A stretch of DNA of 54,705 nt from Chromera velia (Eukaryota): positions 1-54,705 of the forward strand of contig JAHBMJ010000148.1 in NCBI GenBank assembly GCA_018398765.1, written 5' to 3'. Shown here piece after piece: positions 11,174 to 25,000 of this stretch; position 1 is the stretch's first letter; every line of letters begins with the position of its first letter. The position numbers were made by a program, and so were the translations under genes. The notes beneath the pieces are model-generated. The model did not search any database. It had not been told where the DNA came from and worked only from the letters and a program-made list of their open reading frames with translations.

Positions 11174-13558
11174 TCATCCTCCTGAGCCCAACAGACCTAC
11201 AGTCGAAGGCGCAGCAGCGGCAGAGGCCCGGTGATGGGCCGGGATGTGCAGCATGCCACGGGGGGCTCCCGGTCGTGTGGAGTCGGGGGGGTTCGTTCCT
11301 CCTCCCCCTCCTCCCTGCATTCCCCCCATCCCCCCGACTGCCTGCTGTGTCTGTTGCTGCTGTACCCGTGGGGGCTGGGAGATGGAGGGGGCGAAGGACT
11401 GAGAGAACGGAATTCCCAGCTGCCCCCTCGCAGCAGTGGCGGCGGACGGCTGCAAGACCGACATTGAGGTCTGTGCTTGCTGCTGCTGCCGTTGTGGCTG
11501 GTGCGTGTGTTGCATGGGCACCCTGTCCTGCAGCGGATGCGGGTAGTGGTGCGGGTAGTGGTGGAGGGCGGGCACAAAAGCATCGGGTTGCTGCTGCTGG
11601 TGGGGATACTGCATCTGCTGCTGCTGTTGTTGTTGGGCGAATTGGGATTGTTGGTGCGGCTGGTGCTGCTGAGGGTGCTGTGGGGGCATTTGTGCATAAG
11701 CAGTGGGAGGATGTTGTCTCGGGTCGGCAGCTGTCGTGGGGGCACGGGAGGAGAGACCCCATGCTCCTCCTCCTCCTGTGGCTGTGGCGGCAGCATTGGG
11801 TGGGTGGAAGGCGGAACCTGGGAGTTGCTGTTGCTCCTGTAAGGTTTGAGAGCGGCCGTTGGGGGCGTGAGGGGGGAAGCCGGCAGAGGGTTGAGGTGGC
11901 TGCATGCGGGTCTGGGCGTACTGCGCTTGCTGCTGGTTTTGGTACATGTGGGGATGCGGGTATACGTTCCCGTATTGGTCTTGGTAGTATTGGTGGTATG
12001 GGTAAGCTGCACCACTATAATTTGCACTATTGTAGGCTGGAAAGACTGGCTGCCCGTGTCTGTAGACGGCACCGCCCACCTGGATGTACTGCCCCCCAGA
12101 GTAGTGCACAATGTGCTGCTGCTGCTGCTGTGTTTTTGGCTCTGGAGAAAGACAGGTTTTCGTTCCGTAGGGACACACTACAGACATGTTCGTGCTGCAA
12201 GCAGCAAGAAAGAAGGGGAAGCGGGGGGGGAAAGGAAGGTATTGCGTACACCCAAAAAGACGCAATATAAATGGGCACGCTGTGCAGACGCGGAGGAAGA
12301 ATAAGCAGGAACAACAGGAGACGTACAGCAGTACAGAAGAAGAGAGCGAACTCAACAAAACAAGAGAAGGAAATCATTTCACGAAAATCAACAAAGACAA
12401 AGAAGACCAGAGGTGGAATAAACTGAACAGTAGAAAACAATCGGGAGGGAAAAGAGAGATCACGGGCTATCCCTTTTCTCGTTGCACCTGCACATCCGTG
12501 CGCTTCTCTGATTGTGTCTCTTCGCCTTGTTTTGTTTGTGTGCTTGTTTCTGACTCAGCTTTCTTTCTTTCTTTCTTTCTTCCTTCGATAGGCATGCAAC
12601 CGACCGATTCAGGAGGATCTTTGCTGTAATCGCCAGACCAACGCTCTGTGGAAAGTCCACAATCCTCCTGCCCTCCATGGCGGCCTCTAGAGAGGCTCGG
12701 TCATGGTACTGCATCAGAGTGTCCGTTTCTGGAACTCCCTCTGTCGTCGCCAGAAGCTGTCTTCTCCTCATCTCCCGCTTCATCGGCGAGGCTTCGTTGA
12801 ACGACCAATCGATGGACGTGGGAATCAGATCCCTGTTGACGGGCAGCTGCTTCAACCAGGAGGGAAGGAGATCCAGCTCCACGAATCTCTCACCTTCTTT
12901 TCGCTCCTTCCGTTTCGGTGGAAGCTGGGCTGCTGAAGGCAGGCAGGAAGACACGCAGTGCAAAAACTTTCAAAAACGTATAATTCTATCAATTGTTGAA
13001 CGCAGGCGATGTGAAACACACCACATATACCACGAACAGCGTTTCTATCGAGCGATGGTTGCATGGAGACTCGAGTGCAGAGACAAACTTTGTGCAGAAG
13101 AGTGCCAAATTTGCATGGACGGGACATAATTAGATGAGGCACTGTCGAAACAGGCAGGCATAGAAAACGAGGGAGACTGTAAATTACACGCACACACACA
13201 GAAAAAAGGCGGCTACTCTCTTCCTGCGGCATTGGTTGGTTTTGTCTTTCTTCCGCAGACTGACCCGACTGCTCAGGGACGGTCTGTATGTGGAACCCTA
13301 TGGATCCCACGGGGTCGATCTGCTCCCTCTCCCCTTGCTGCTGCTGCTGCTTCTGGGCAGAAGACGACGAAGCAGCAGTTGCAGAAGCCCCAGCAGAGGA
13401 GGAGGAAGAGCGATTTTCAGTGGGCAAACAGACGGAGGAGAAGATGTGACTCTTCCAACCTCCAGGGGGAGTGGGGGGGGGAGGGCGTTCGATCAGGTCC
13501 ATTTGCTTCAGAAGGGACAGAACCAGGGGACCTCGCTCTGCACGCAAAAATGCACACA

Positions 13559-13616
<58 letters not shown>

Positions 13617-16600
13617 TGCAGCCACACACGCGATAATGCACGCACGCACACACACATACATGCTGCGGACACACTCACATACCAACCTACACAGATTGTA
13701 AGCCTTCAAATTCCCTTCATTCACAGACAAGCAGAACAAAGAAAAGAAAGAGAGATCCAGTACAGATGCATGGACAGGCAAATAGAAAACTGTCCCGTGA
13801 AGATTGTAAAAAGGGCTGTCACAAGCCCTCGCCACAGACCCCCCCCCTTCCAAGTCACTGACCCTTAGCGATTCTTTTCACCTCCTCCAACGGACGGAAG
13901 ATGAACGCAGCGTGCAGATCATCAGGCGTCCCCCCGTGCAAGAATTCTTCCAACAAGGGCACCCCGGTGTCGTACTTGTACTGCAGAGGCACCCTCTCAT
14001 TCGGGAACAGACGTGCCGTCTGTGCCCGTACAGTGGGAGCTGCCGCTGGAGTTGCTGCTGTACCTTTCTTTGGGGTGCTCGCAGATTCTGCCCTCCTCTT
14101 GTCCTTGTCTTCCTTTTCCCCTGCAGCGAGGGAGTGCAGTTGCACATAGAAAAAACATAAGATGAGAGATGGGAACGGCCAGAAGATATGCATAATAAAT
14201 GCTTGCTCGAGGGCAGACAGAAAACGCAAACGAAGGGCTTCCGACAGAGACCCACAAAGATACCGGATGAGAAGTGCAGAGGTAGCAAAAAGGCTGGACG
14301 CAAGAAAACCACGACTACAATAGCTGAATGAGTCGATGCAAAGAGTTGCAAAGGGAGAAACAGACGAACATAAAAGGAAAAACGGTTGACACGTCAGTAT
14401 AGTGTGACGCTCGCACACACCTCCTGTCTGTGCCTGTGCCTTCGAAGGAGTCCCACTCGGTGTCCCTCCCGATCGCCCCGTCTGTAGATCCGCCCCTTTT
14501 CCCGCGGTCGTCCTCATAGGAGGGGCGAAGGAGTGCATGCTCGCGGAGGGCTGCACATGCAACCACATTCATGAAAAAGTACACACACCTAAACACACAC
14601 ACGCACACACACACACACAGAGCAACCGACAGTGAAAAGACACAAGGGCACTTTTGAGTCTCAGATTACACTGAGAGAAGCACACACTGACAAGCGTACA
14701 CACGTTCTCCACACACACTGACTCAAAATGCACCGAAAGAAGAGCAGAGACAATTTGAGTTGAGGAGAATGGCAGAAGGAAGAGGTTCTTCTCGCTGCTC
14801 TCATGGCTGTCGACGGGCTTTGTTTCTTTCTTCTTTCCAGTTTGCGCGTGTTCAGCCACCTCCCTTCTCTCTATCCTTCAATTTTCCGCTCTCTGTGCCC
14901 CCCCTTTTTTCTGAGGCTCTTACCCACCCTCTTTTTGTCCTCTTGAGGATCTCTGCGCCTCTCCGTTGCTGCCACCAGCTGATGCGCTGCGGGGGGGCTC
15001 GCCTTCTTGCGGTTCGGGTCCATCAACGACGGCGAGGCAGGCTGCAAAGAGAGAGGGAAAGAGAGAAGCAAACCAACAAATACATACGCCGTCTTTACGT
15101 TCTTGCATGCATGTTCTTGGTCTTGATTCGCACAGATAGACAGAATTTAGAGACGGATATGAAATGAGAAAAGGCAGGCCATCTTCGGAAGGAAGCCAAG
15201 GGAAGGGAGCAAATGAATGAAAAGGACGGACGACTCGATCATCATCCAGGGAGGGAGGGGCGCTTGAGTCAAATCATGCATGCAATCTTCCCCCCCCCCT
15301 TCGATTACTCTTTACTTTCCTCTCACAGGCACACCATTCACATCCCTTCCACAACTCTTCACTGACCGACACACAAAGAGCAACAACAGACGAAAAGGCA
15401 AACCAAGAAAGTCTGCAGCAACCATGCAACCCAGCAAAGAAAAAGGTGGCAGAAAGGAAGGAATGAGGGACACAGACAGACCCTCTGTTGCTGTTGCTGC
15501 TGTGCCTGCTGGAAGTGCTGCACGGGGACTGGCACCGGAAGGGCCCCGCTGTGGAGAAGAGGAAACGGAATGGGGGCCCCTTTCCCCGAGAGTTCTAAAG
15601 GGAGAGGCAGGGGGGTCCTCAAGACTGACGACGACGCGTGGTCGCTCCCCCTCGGCCTCTCCGAGATGGCAGGAGCGATCCGTGGAGGCGAGGTCGTGTG
15701 TCTCTCCTTCGGATGCAGGTACGAGGGAGTACCTCTCTCTGTGGGTGATTTGGACATTCCAGCCTGCAAGAGGGATGAAAAAAGACAAAGAACAGGAAGG
15801 AAAAGGAAGGCTGGTAAGCTTTTTGTGTGTTGATTGGGGCTCGAGCAAGCAAAGCATCTTCAGGGCTTTCTTGGAAGAGCCTTTTCTCTCTTTGTATCCT
15901 CCAGCCTCGATACATCCATCTTCACAATTTGAGGAATGTGTCCGAGTGGCAACATCCAGGGAGAGAGATGGATACAGGCGGAAAAAGGCTTTCTGGTTGT
16001 CTTTTTCTTTCACAAACAATTGCACAAACAGACACACGCAGGCAGACTTTTGTTTTTTTTTTTGCAGGCTCATCAACCGACCGCATGGGAAGAAGCAGAG
16101 TGTCTCTGTTTGCTCTGCGGGTCAACTGGGGGGCTGGAGGTGCCCATCGCAGTCTTCTTCTTCTCCTTCTGCCTCTCTGATGCCTCCTCCTCTGCTGTAC
16201 CTGCACCTGCTGCTGCTGCACGGGCAGACGACGAGGCTGGCGTCGGAGCGGGGGCACCCTGAGGGGGGGAGGCACGGACAGGGTGGGGGAAGGGAGAGCC
16301 AGGGCGCGTGGGGTGGAGTACGTGCGCGTAGGGAGGGGGCTGCGTTTGCGCTTGCTTTGCTTGTTGGGCAGGGCCAGTCCTGGAGGGAAGCACGGGAGCA
16401 GAGGGGTTCTTTGAGGCGGTCCTGTGGACGTCAGCAGAAAAGGCGGTCACGGGGTTGGGGGTGGAATCCACAACAGCCTTTGAGGGATTGGAATGGGGGG
16501 GGCTCTGGCTTGACTGAATTTTGAATGAGGAAGGAGGGGAGGAACGATTGATGACCTCTCTTTCTCTTTCCTCCTTTTCCTTCAGCCTGTGCTTTTCCTT

Positions 16601-19206
16601 TTCCCTTTCTTTTTCCTTCTTGGGCTTTGTGAAACCGTCCGCTTGAGGCTGAGCGTCATGAGAGGGAGAGGATTCTTTGTGGAGACTGAGCGATATCTCT
16701 TTTTTGGATCCCTTTTGCTTCATGGCCGAGGAGCCTTTTTCTCTTTGGTCGGATTCCTTCTCTTTCTCTCTCCCCCCCTTTTCAACGTTGGTGATCGAAA
16801 TGGAAGCGCCCGGCTCCTCGCCTCCCGAGGAGGGGGTGGGGAGGACTTTGGGTGTCGTGTCGGCAGCAGTGGCTGTGGCAGTCACGGTTTCATCAGAGGA
16901 GGAGCCTGGGTCTTCCTTCTCTTTCTGTCTGTCTCTCTCCTTTTCTTTCTCAGCAGGGAGGCCAGGCTGAGTCTGGTTCTTGGACACAGCGTTGGAACTT
17001 CCATTGGAAGGGGGAGGCTCTGCAGAGAGATGATCGATGTGATCAGGAAAGAAAGAATGTTCGAAGGGGAGTTGGTGATGTGGGAGACGTGGAAGGAAAG
17101 TATTTTGCCTGGGACGAAGGAAGGGGAAGGGGCCAATTTGCACATTCCAGACGGGAAACAGGACAATGGAAGACAGGAGAAGCCTTTCAGGTACGGGCAC
17201 TTGTCGGCATGCGTGGAGTGTTCATAGAAAGCGAAAGTGGCATGCATGGCGTTTCACCGACTGCGCAAAGCCATGCAAAGGTCGTCAAACATATAAGAGA
17301 GGCAGAGAGAGCGAGAGAGAGGCAGAGAGAGCGAGAGAGAGGCAGAGAGCCGTGATGCCAGAAGTACCAACCTTGTGGGCGGCCTTTTTGTTTTTCGGCT
17401 TGACTCTCCCCCTTGTCCTTTTCCTTTTCCTGGCTGCTGCTGAGGAGATTCAACGAAACGTTGGCGCCGGCCGGCAGCTTTCTGGTGCTGGACGCTCCTC
17501 CCGCCATGATCAAATTTCTCCGCGAGACCCCGTCTCTGCCAAGTGGCCCCCCTCTCCTATCCCTCTCTCTCTGGTCGCTCAGAACGGGAGTGAGGGGCTT
17601 TGCAGAGGGACCCATGGTTGGTGCACCGCTAACAGAAGAAACAGCAGCAGCCACAGAAGACCTCTCTCTGTCCTTTGTTCCAGACTGGTGTTTCTGTCCC
17701 GCCCCCCCGCTTCTCGGAAGATGGTCGTCTCGTACCGATGCCGTTCCTTGAGTCGAAGCCTGCAGAAAGAAAGAAAAAAAGAAAAGAAAGAAAGAAAGAA
17801 AGAAAGAAAGGAAGGCACGTGGGCAGAAAGTGTGTGCGGGAAAGAGGAGGGTAGACGGGTGGAGACGAAGTGTGAGGCCAATCGCGGTTGCATGCTACCA
17901 ACATGTGTTACGATGTGTGTCGTGCTTCGTCATTCGCAAAAGATGCGGGCTCGTAATCGAAACCAGAAAGGGCGACGAGCAATCACAGGAAAGAGTGAAC
18001 GGGCAAGGATAACAGAAAGGAAGGAACGCAAGGCGCAGCAAGAAAAGAGGGAACGATGCAAAAGGAGGGAAGGAGAGAAGGAATAAAGGAGGCGAGGACA
18101 CGGAAAGAAAGCACAAAAAAAAAGAGAAAAGCCGTCTGATCACTCACCCGGAGAGGCTTGCCGCTCCGTCCCCCTCGCTCTCCTTCTTCGACTTCTGCCT
18201 TTTCCCTCTCCTGGACCCCCCTTCTCCCCGCTCCCCCCGCCTCAGAACCGGAGGACCTCGGCAGTCTGTCTCTTTCCTTCTGACTGTTATGAGACGTCCT
18301 CCCTCCCCCCTCTCTGTGTCCTTGGGAGCCCGACCGCAGAGGAGCACTGGGAGAAGCAGACTCTGCTATCAAAGAGGACCTCTCTCCTCGAAGGCCCGAA
18401 ACCCCTGTCTGCCCCACCACCTTCCTCTCCCTTTCCTTCCCGACGCCTGTTGCTGCCGGCTTCAGAGTGATGTGGGACGCCGCCCCTCTTGCCCCAGGTC
18501 CCCTTGAGGTCATTAAGGAATGTCCACCACCCGAGAGACCTCCAGAAAGACCATGCATGCCCCCAGAACCTCTGCTAGACACCAACCCCCCCGTCTCCTT
18601 CCCATGTCTGAGGGGCACTGGCATCACGGGCCCCCCAGCAGACGATTCCTTGATAGGAGGACTGCGCGCTCGAAGGGCCGCAGACCCCAGAGCGAGCTTA
18701 CGTGTTCCGGTCGCCGGCCCCTGCAGAGAGAGAGAGGGTGAGGAGAAAATGACGCACAAATGAATCCTGTGGATTCAAACAACTTCCTTCAGACCGTGCA
18801 CGACTGAATCCCCAAGTCCGCATTCACTCTCAGTCAGGTAGACGTATACACCAAAGGCACCATACAGGTAGAGGTAGTGCACTTTTCGGCACACGGACCT
18901 TTCCTTCTTTCCCTTCCTTCTCTCCTTTTGCTCCCGACAAGTGATACGCCGACGCTGCGCCTGAGGGTGCCGAGGCCCTGGCAGTCCCCGAAGATTTCAG
19001 GAGAGGCCGCGGCCCGGCATTGGCCCCCCGCTGCAACAAGGCATAAGCACACCACCAGACAAAGCACACGAGTTGGATGAACTCCTCAAAAAAAGGAAAA
19101 AGGCACGAGCAAACAACAGTCTCTATTTGTTGTCTCCAAAGCTGTTGTTGCGCACAGATTTAGGAGAGCAACTTACAGCTTCCGGTTTCTTGGCAAAGGA
19201 TGCCAT
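11174..19206 (-). CDS. Multi-exon hypothetical protein (~1498 aa, 13 exons): long disordered N-terminus, small putatively folded core, Q/P/Y-rich C-terminus
   Basis: Phase-consistent GT-AG chain: 19206-19177 (MASFAKKPEA), 19030-18899, 18720-18148, 17759-17372, 17019-16082, 15763-15482, 15041-14928, 14550-14421, 14120-13863, 13537-13265, 12932-12605, 12279-12250, 12194-11174. Total 4497 nt with no internal stop. Confidence 0.8.
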
Positions 19207-19654
19207 TCTATCCACAACCAAGAAAGCAGCTCCTCCACTTGTGCTTGCTTATGCAATCTTTGAGCGATGTTGATGGTCCAAAAAAGAGGAAAGCACACAG
19301 GAGCTGACACAAAATCACACCTTCAGAACCGTGCTGCTCAGTCTGATACGAACATCTCAAACAGCAAAAATTGACAGGGTTGTGGTCGCATGAATGGAAA
19401 GACGGCACACCACGCATTTAAACATATAGGAGCTGCAGGACGTCACAAGAGATGCAACCCGTTACATCCCGTAACTGCCACCACTTGCCATGCACCTCGA
19501 TCGAGCTGAACATCGATGATCATCGATGCATGACAGAACATCGATCTCAGTGTGGCAACTGGCGGGGTTCATGCAGTGCAATCATTGCATGTGGCGGCGC
19601 GCAAGATTTTGTCCCCATATGCACGTAAACGTATAGGCGTCGCCATGCGTCGCC

Positions 19655-19735
19655 CCATCGCGCCACATGCATGCATCGATCGATCGCGCGATATCGCGCG
19701 CCCCTCGCATGCATATATCGCGATATAGCTCGGGG
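19655..19735. promoter_or_regulatory. Putative bidirectional promoter core of stacked palindromes
   Basis: catgcatgcatcgatcgatcgcgcgatatcgcgcg...gcatgcatatatcgcgatatag, lying between the divergent ATGs at 19206 and 20403. Confidence 0.5.
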
Positions 19736-20402
19736 AGGTCGGAGACGCCGTCTCCTCTGACGCGTGACTTCCAAATCGAATTGTGTGGCAGTCTGATCAT
19801 GTCACAGGCCCAAAGAGGGCACCAAAATTCAACCTCCAGACTCGCAGCACGAGCGAAGCTGTATGTACAGTGTCGATCCTTGCACTGACTTTCTTTTTCA
19901 CTCACCTTTGAGAATCGCGTCAGGTGGTCGAATGCAAGCCTCACTTTGATCAGGCCTTTTTTGTGCGTGCCGACAGATCATCATATCGTCTTCGGTTTGG
20001 ACCTTCGTGGTCTTTCGTAGCGCTCACACAGTGCGCTATTAATACTCTTTGTCTGGCCTGCATCACCCGTCGAGTCACGTTTTTCCTAGCTAGTGTCAGT
20101 CAAACGATCCGGGCGAAATGGTTTGCTTCCCCTTTCTCGTGGGTGCGTTTGGGGCTGTCAAACAGAGATAGGGAGGGGAGGGGGGTGCTTCATTCATGCT
20201 CAAGTGCCAGCTCTTCTGTCTGCTATGCCACATAGTTCTTCTGTCTCCTGGTCGTCCACAGCTGGTCTTCTTGTGTCCCTGCTTGACTGCAGAGATTAGG
20301 AGTAAAAGCCAATGAGAACCGCGAGCCTTGACCAGTGTCAAGCAGACTGAGTGAGTGCTCTGAGTAGTGAAGAAGGAAAGATCGAAAGAAGACAGCAGCA
20401 CC

Positions 20403-20925
20403 ATGGATCTGCGGGCGGAGCCTGGACAGGTTTTGGGGGATTTGGGGGACGAGGAGGAGATGCAGGAAGCCTTCGATCAGCAGTCTGACGGTCAGAGCGT
20501 GGACTCACAAGACGAGGAAGGGGACGATAGGGGAGAGAGAGAAAGAAGGTTGCAGAATGGCAGAGAACGGGTTCGGGTTGTGGCAGGCCAGGATGGGGAG
20601 CCTGGTGGTCCTGTGCGTCATCCATATCAGCCGTATATGAAGGAAGAGGAGTGTGAAAAACTGGTCGCACACTCACGAAAACTGAGTTTTCCCATGCCGT
20701 TTCCCCCCCCTGGTGCTGGGGGCTCTTCGTCTTCTGCCTCTGCTGCCTTCATAACTCCCACAAAGGAGCTGGAGGGTTTGATCGAGGGAATGAACAAACT
20801 CCTGGTGGGCGCCGTTTGCCGGGGCCCCCTGAAGGTGGTCTCTTCCTCGGACAGCGAATTTCGAGTAGCAAAGGTCAGTCAGACTTGGAGAGACAGACAG
20901 ACGGACAGATAGATACAGGTAGACC

Positions 20926-20980
<55 letters not shown>

Positions 20981-21021
20981 CGACCGACCGACCGACCGAC
21001 CGACCGACCGACCGACCGACC

Positions 21022-21052
<31 letters not shown>

Positions 21053-21973
21053 CGACAGACAGACACAGACAGACAGACCGACAGACAGACGCACCGACCG
21101 GCTGCGCGACCCACGAACCCACTGACGGACTTGTTCATACACCCCTCCACACACACTCACACACAGGGGGAGAGAGAGAACAAGAGAGGGAAACTTCTAT
21201 GCCTTGCAAGGGTCTCGCTTGGATTCCGATTCCCATCCATCATGCCCGCTCCCACTCAGTCTTCTTTCCTCTATGACGTTCACTCAACGAGAAACGTTTC
21301 TCGCCCGTCCAACTTCACTGGATGAAGAGACAGATGATCTATGGATGACCCTTGGTGGCACTGGACCCGACTTTCTTTGCATTTTATGGGATAACGAAGG
21401 TGAGTGCCTGCCTGCCTGCAGTCGTTTGTGACTGTGACTGAAGGACCGGAGTTTCTCCTGAATCGCCACATTTCAGTTTTGGGGCTCCCTGACAGGAATA
21501 GAGCGTGGCCGGGAGATATCGTGGTGGTCTCGGTGAGTCAATTTTCCTCCTCCTACTCTTGTTCTTCGCTTACTTGTCCTTGTGCTTCTGCCTCCTGTCT
21601 CTCCTCTGCTGTGATTCCACTTGAAAAAGCTTTAGGTTTATATTTCTCCTATGGCTTGCCAAGAGAGCCGAGAAAGGACAGCAATGAAAGAAGGAAGCGA
21701 ACAAGAAATGACAGTCGGACAGAAAGGGTGAACGCTAGAGCTTGAGAAACAGGGTGATCTCTATTCTTTCCTGTCCTTTTTTCGAATGTGCTTCCACTCA
21801 GATTTTGGCTGTGGAGGTGTCCCGCTCTTTCCTTGACAAGCGGAGGGCGGCGTCCGATGGACAAAGGGGTCAGTCTGTCTGTCTGTCTGTCTGCATGCGC
21901 CTCCCTCTTCGACTTTAATTTCCTCCCTCTTTCCCTTCCTCCTCTTCCTCTCTCCCCCCGGTCCCCCCCTTTG

Positions 21974-22005
<32 letters not shown>

Positions 22006-25000
22006 TTCTTTCTTTCTTTTCTTTCTTTCTTTCTTTTCTTTCTTTCTTTCTTTCTTTCTTTCTTACTCTATCTCTCTTCGGGCGTCTTTGTGTGTCGGTG
22101 ACGGTCTCATTCTCTCTTCGTCTCTCTGTTCGCTATGGCTTAGTGAGCCCATTTGACATACTGTCACTTACACCTCTTGTTCTCCTCTCCGTCTTCCTGC
22201 CGTCTTCTCTTTTCTTCGCCTTCCGTTGTTTCGTCTCCCTCACCGTGAGTGAGAGCGTTTCCTGATTTCCTTTTGCATCTGTTTGTTTGTTTGTTTATTC
22301 AGGTGCAAGTTCCTCGTGCTCTCCCGAATTCTCTTTTGACCTCCTCAACTGCTGCACCATATACGGATCGGTCCTGAGATCCGACCCGCTGGAGGAAGAT
22401 CTTCGGCCTCTGCAGTTCGTGTGCAGGTTCGTTTGTTCGTTCGTTCAATCGGTTGTTCGTTGTTCGGTTGTGTAGTTGTGTAGAGGGACAGTCGGGGTCC
22501 TTCGCTTTGTTTCTGGCAGTCGAGTTCTTTCGCATTTACGGACTCTGTCCCCTTTCGTTGTGCCTCACAAGATCCTCACTCGTATGGCTCTCCATGTCTG
22601 TGTCTCGGCTCCACTTCTGTACATTCTTCTCGGCCCCCATTTTCCTAGTGATTCAGACGGCACTCTCCCCGTCGTTTGTCTGCCCGTAAGATACAGAGAG
22701 AAACTTCTGTCTGCGAGTCAGCCATTCTTCGCACTTCGGCAGCTGGGGATCTGTTGGCGCGCAAAAGGGACATCTTCTGCAGTCGCAACGGAAGTCAAGA
22801 CTGTAAATGCAGACAAGGGAGCAACAATTTGTTTCGGCTGTGCTACAACGGACCTTGCTCCAGCATATGCTTAAGGTTTTTCTCATTTCCTCTTTGCTCT
22901 CTCTCCTGTGTGATGGCATGGGTTTCATTCTTTTTGTCTCTGCTGCAGAGTGAACAGAATGCAGGGCCAGGACTCCGATTGGCTCTTCATCCCGCTGCAA
23001 GTCGGTGGCTGTATTTATCTCGTTTTTTGCCTCCCCAAAGAAGGAAGAAGAAAGAAGCAATCTGGAGTCTCTCTCTGTCTTTGCTTTTCCCTCTTGCGGG
23101 TCCATGCTGCCCGTCCTCTTTCTGTCGTGTCTCTCCGAGCTGTAGGGAGACAGTTCTCTTCTCTTCACTTTTCTCCACGGACTTTTCCTCCTGCCTCTTT
23201 CTGCATTCAAGCTTGAGTGCCACAAAGGCCGAATGCTCTCGCTCCACCCCCTCACGCTCCTCACTCGGTTTGCCGCCTTCCAGACGGAGTTTCCTTCCAT
23301 TCGGGCGAAGGTCTCTGGGACCCCCCTTGCGAGACGGCCAGACAGGGGAGAGAGACATCAGAAGAGGACAGTCGAAAAGTGGAGAAGCCTGCTGGCTGCC
23401 TTCCCCACACACCATCTGTATGTGATCAGGTGAGTTAGTCTCCTCCCTCTCTTCTTTGTACTGGGTCTTCTTGTCCCCTCTTACCCATCTGATTTTTATC
23501 TCTCTGTCTGGCAAGGTAAAAGCTCCGGTCGGCCCATGTGTTCATCAATCAAACCTGCTTCGGTTCCCACCCAGAAGATCGCGTAAATATCTTCTGCAGT
23601 TACTGCTGTTGGTGCAATGTTCGGTCCGTTTGTGTTGGTATGGTTCATTCGTCTGTGCCTGCTTGCGTACCTGTCTGCTTGTGCGTTTCCTCCCAGGATC
23701 ATCAAATGGTCTCGGAGGCACGTCCGTCCGCTTGGTCGGATCATCGGTCGTTTTCGTCAGCCCCTGGCGTCGTTTTCTCTCGACAGGATCCTCTCGATCA
23801 AACACACGGTAGAGCTCGATGCCGTCACAGACGCACCAGCGCTTGTTGTGCAGAAACAGAAAGAGAGGGAGAAAGAGGGAGCGGGGAGAGGAAATGGAAC
23901 TAGAAGGGGAAGAGGTGGGGCTCTTTCAGGAGGGTGGGTGAGGGGACGGAGACGTCTTTCGGGAGACTCCGGAGATGCGGAGGAGGAGCACGACGCATTC
24001 GCTATGATCTCTGATGGCGACGAGAGTGCCCGGTCGGAATCGTCAGAAAGCGCTGAGGAGTCCTCTGAAGAAGAAATGGATTCAGATTCAGAAAATGGGG
24101 GAGGCAGATCGAGATCGATTTCGGTTTCTTCCTCTTTCTCCGTTGAGTCGTGCGATGGCGACGCGAATGCAAATGGGAAGGTGGAAGGAGACAAGAGAGG
24201 CAGCGGGGCTTGGGCCGCACACGCGAAAACTCTCCTTATCGAGGGGCTGAGAGAAGACACCGACTGCCGAAAGGACTTCCGTGAGCTCCGGACTTTCTCT
24301 ATCGATCCCCCAGGGTGCAAGATTCCTGAGGACGCGCTGTCTGTGGGTGGTTTGGACCCGAAAACTGGAATTCGGTCAGGGGGGAATGGACTGGGAGGGC
24401 AGGCGGGAGGACAGACTGACGGCTGCCGAGACGAAGAAGAAAAGAACAAAGTGTCGGGAAAATACTTTCTGTGTTTGTTTTGAGACATTCAGTCTGAAAA
24501 TGATATGAACGAAAAAGACTTTCCTGCACATGGTCATTGGAGAATCTTTCTTCGTCTGCTTATGCACAGCTTTTTTCATGCGTTGCTTTTGGTTTTGTTG
24601 GATCAACAGGGTCTCTCTCTCTCTGTGTGTGGGGGGGGGGGGGGGGGNGGGGGGGGTCTGAATCACTGGTCTGTCTGACATGGGTATGTACTCACTGCAT
24701 GCAGGTCCGTGTACGTGCACATTTCGGACGCCGTTCACATGGTGCCCCCTGGATCCTCTTCGGAGACGGCAGCAAGGAGACGGGGGAGCGATGTGTTCCT
24801 ACACGACCACCACGGGAGGGAGAAGAAACACGTGCAAATGCTGCCAGGGGCTCTGGTGCATCAGGCTGTTTTTGTGAAGGGTCAAGATCGGCTGGGAATA
24901 ACTTTCAGGTTCTTCGAATGTTCTTTTTTTCCTGCCCCTCCCTCCCTTTCTTCCTGCCTTCCCTTCTTTCTTTCTTTCTTTCTTTCTTTCGTTCGTTCGT

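Noticed and set aside
10738..12270. 510-aa plus-strand ORF
   Set aside because: Antisense shadow of the Q/P-rich last exon of the minus-strand gene.
15280..18086. Long plus-strand ORFs (414, 212 and 306 aa)
   Set aside because: Antisense to exons of the minus-strand gene and running through intronic repeats.
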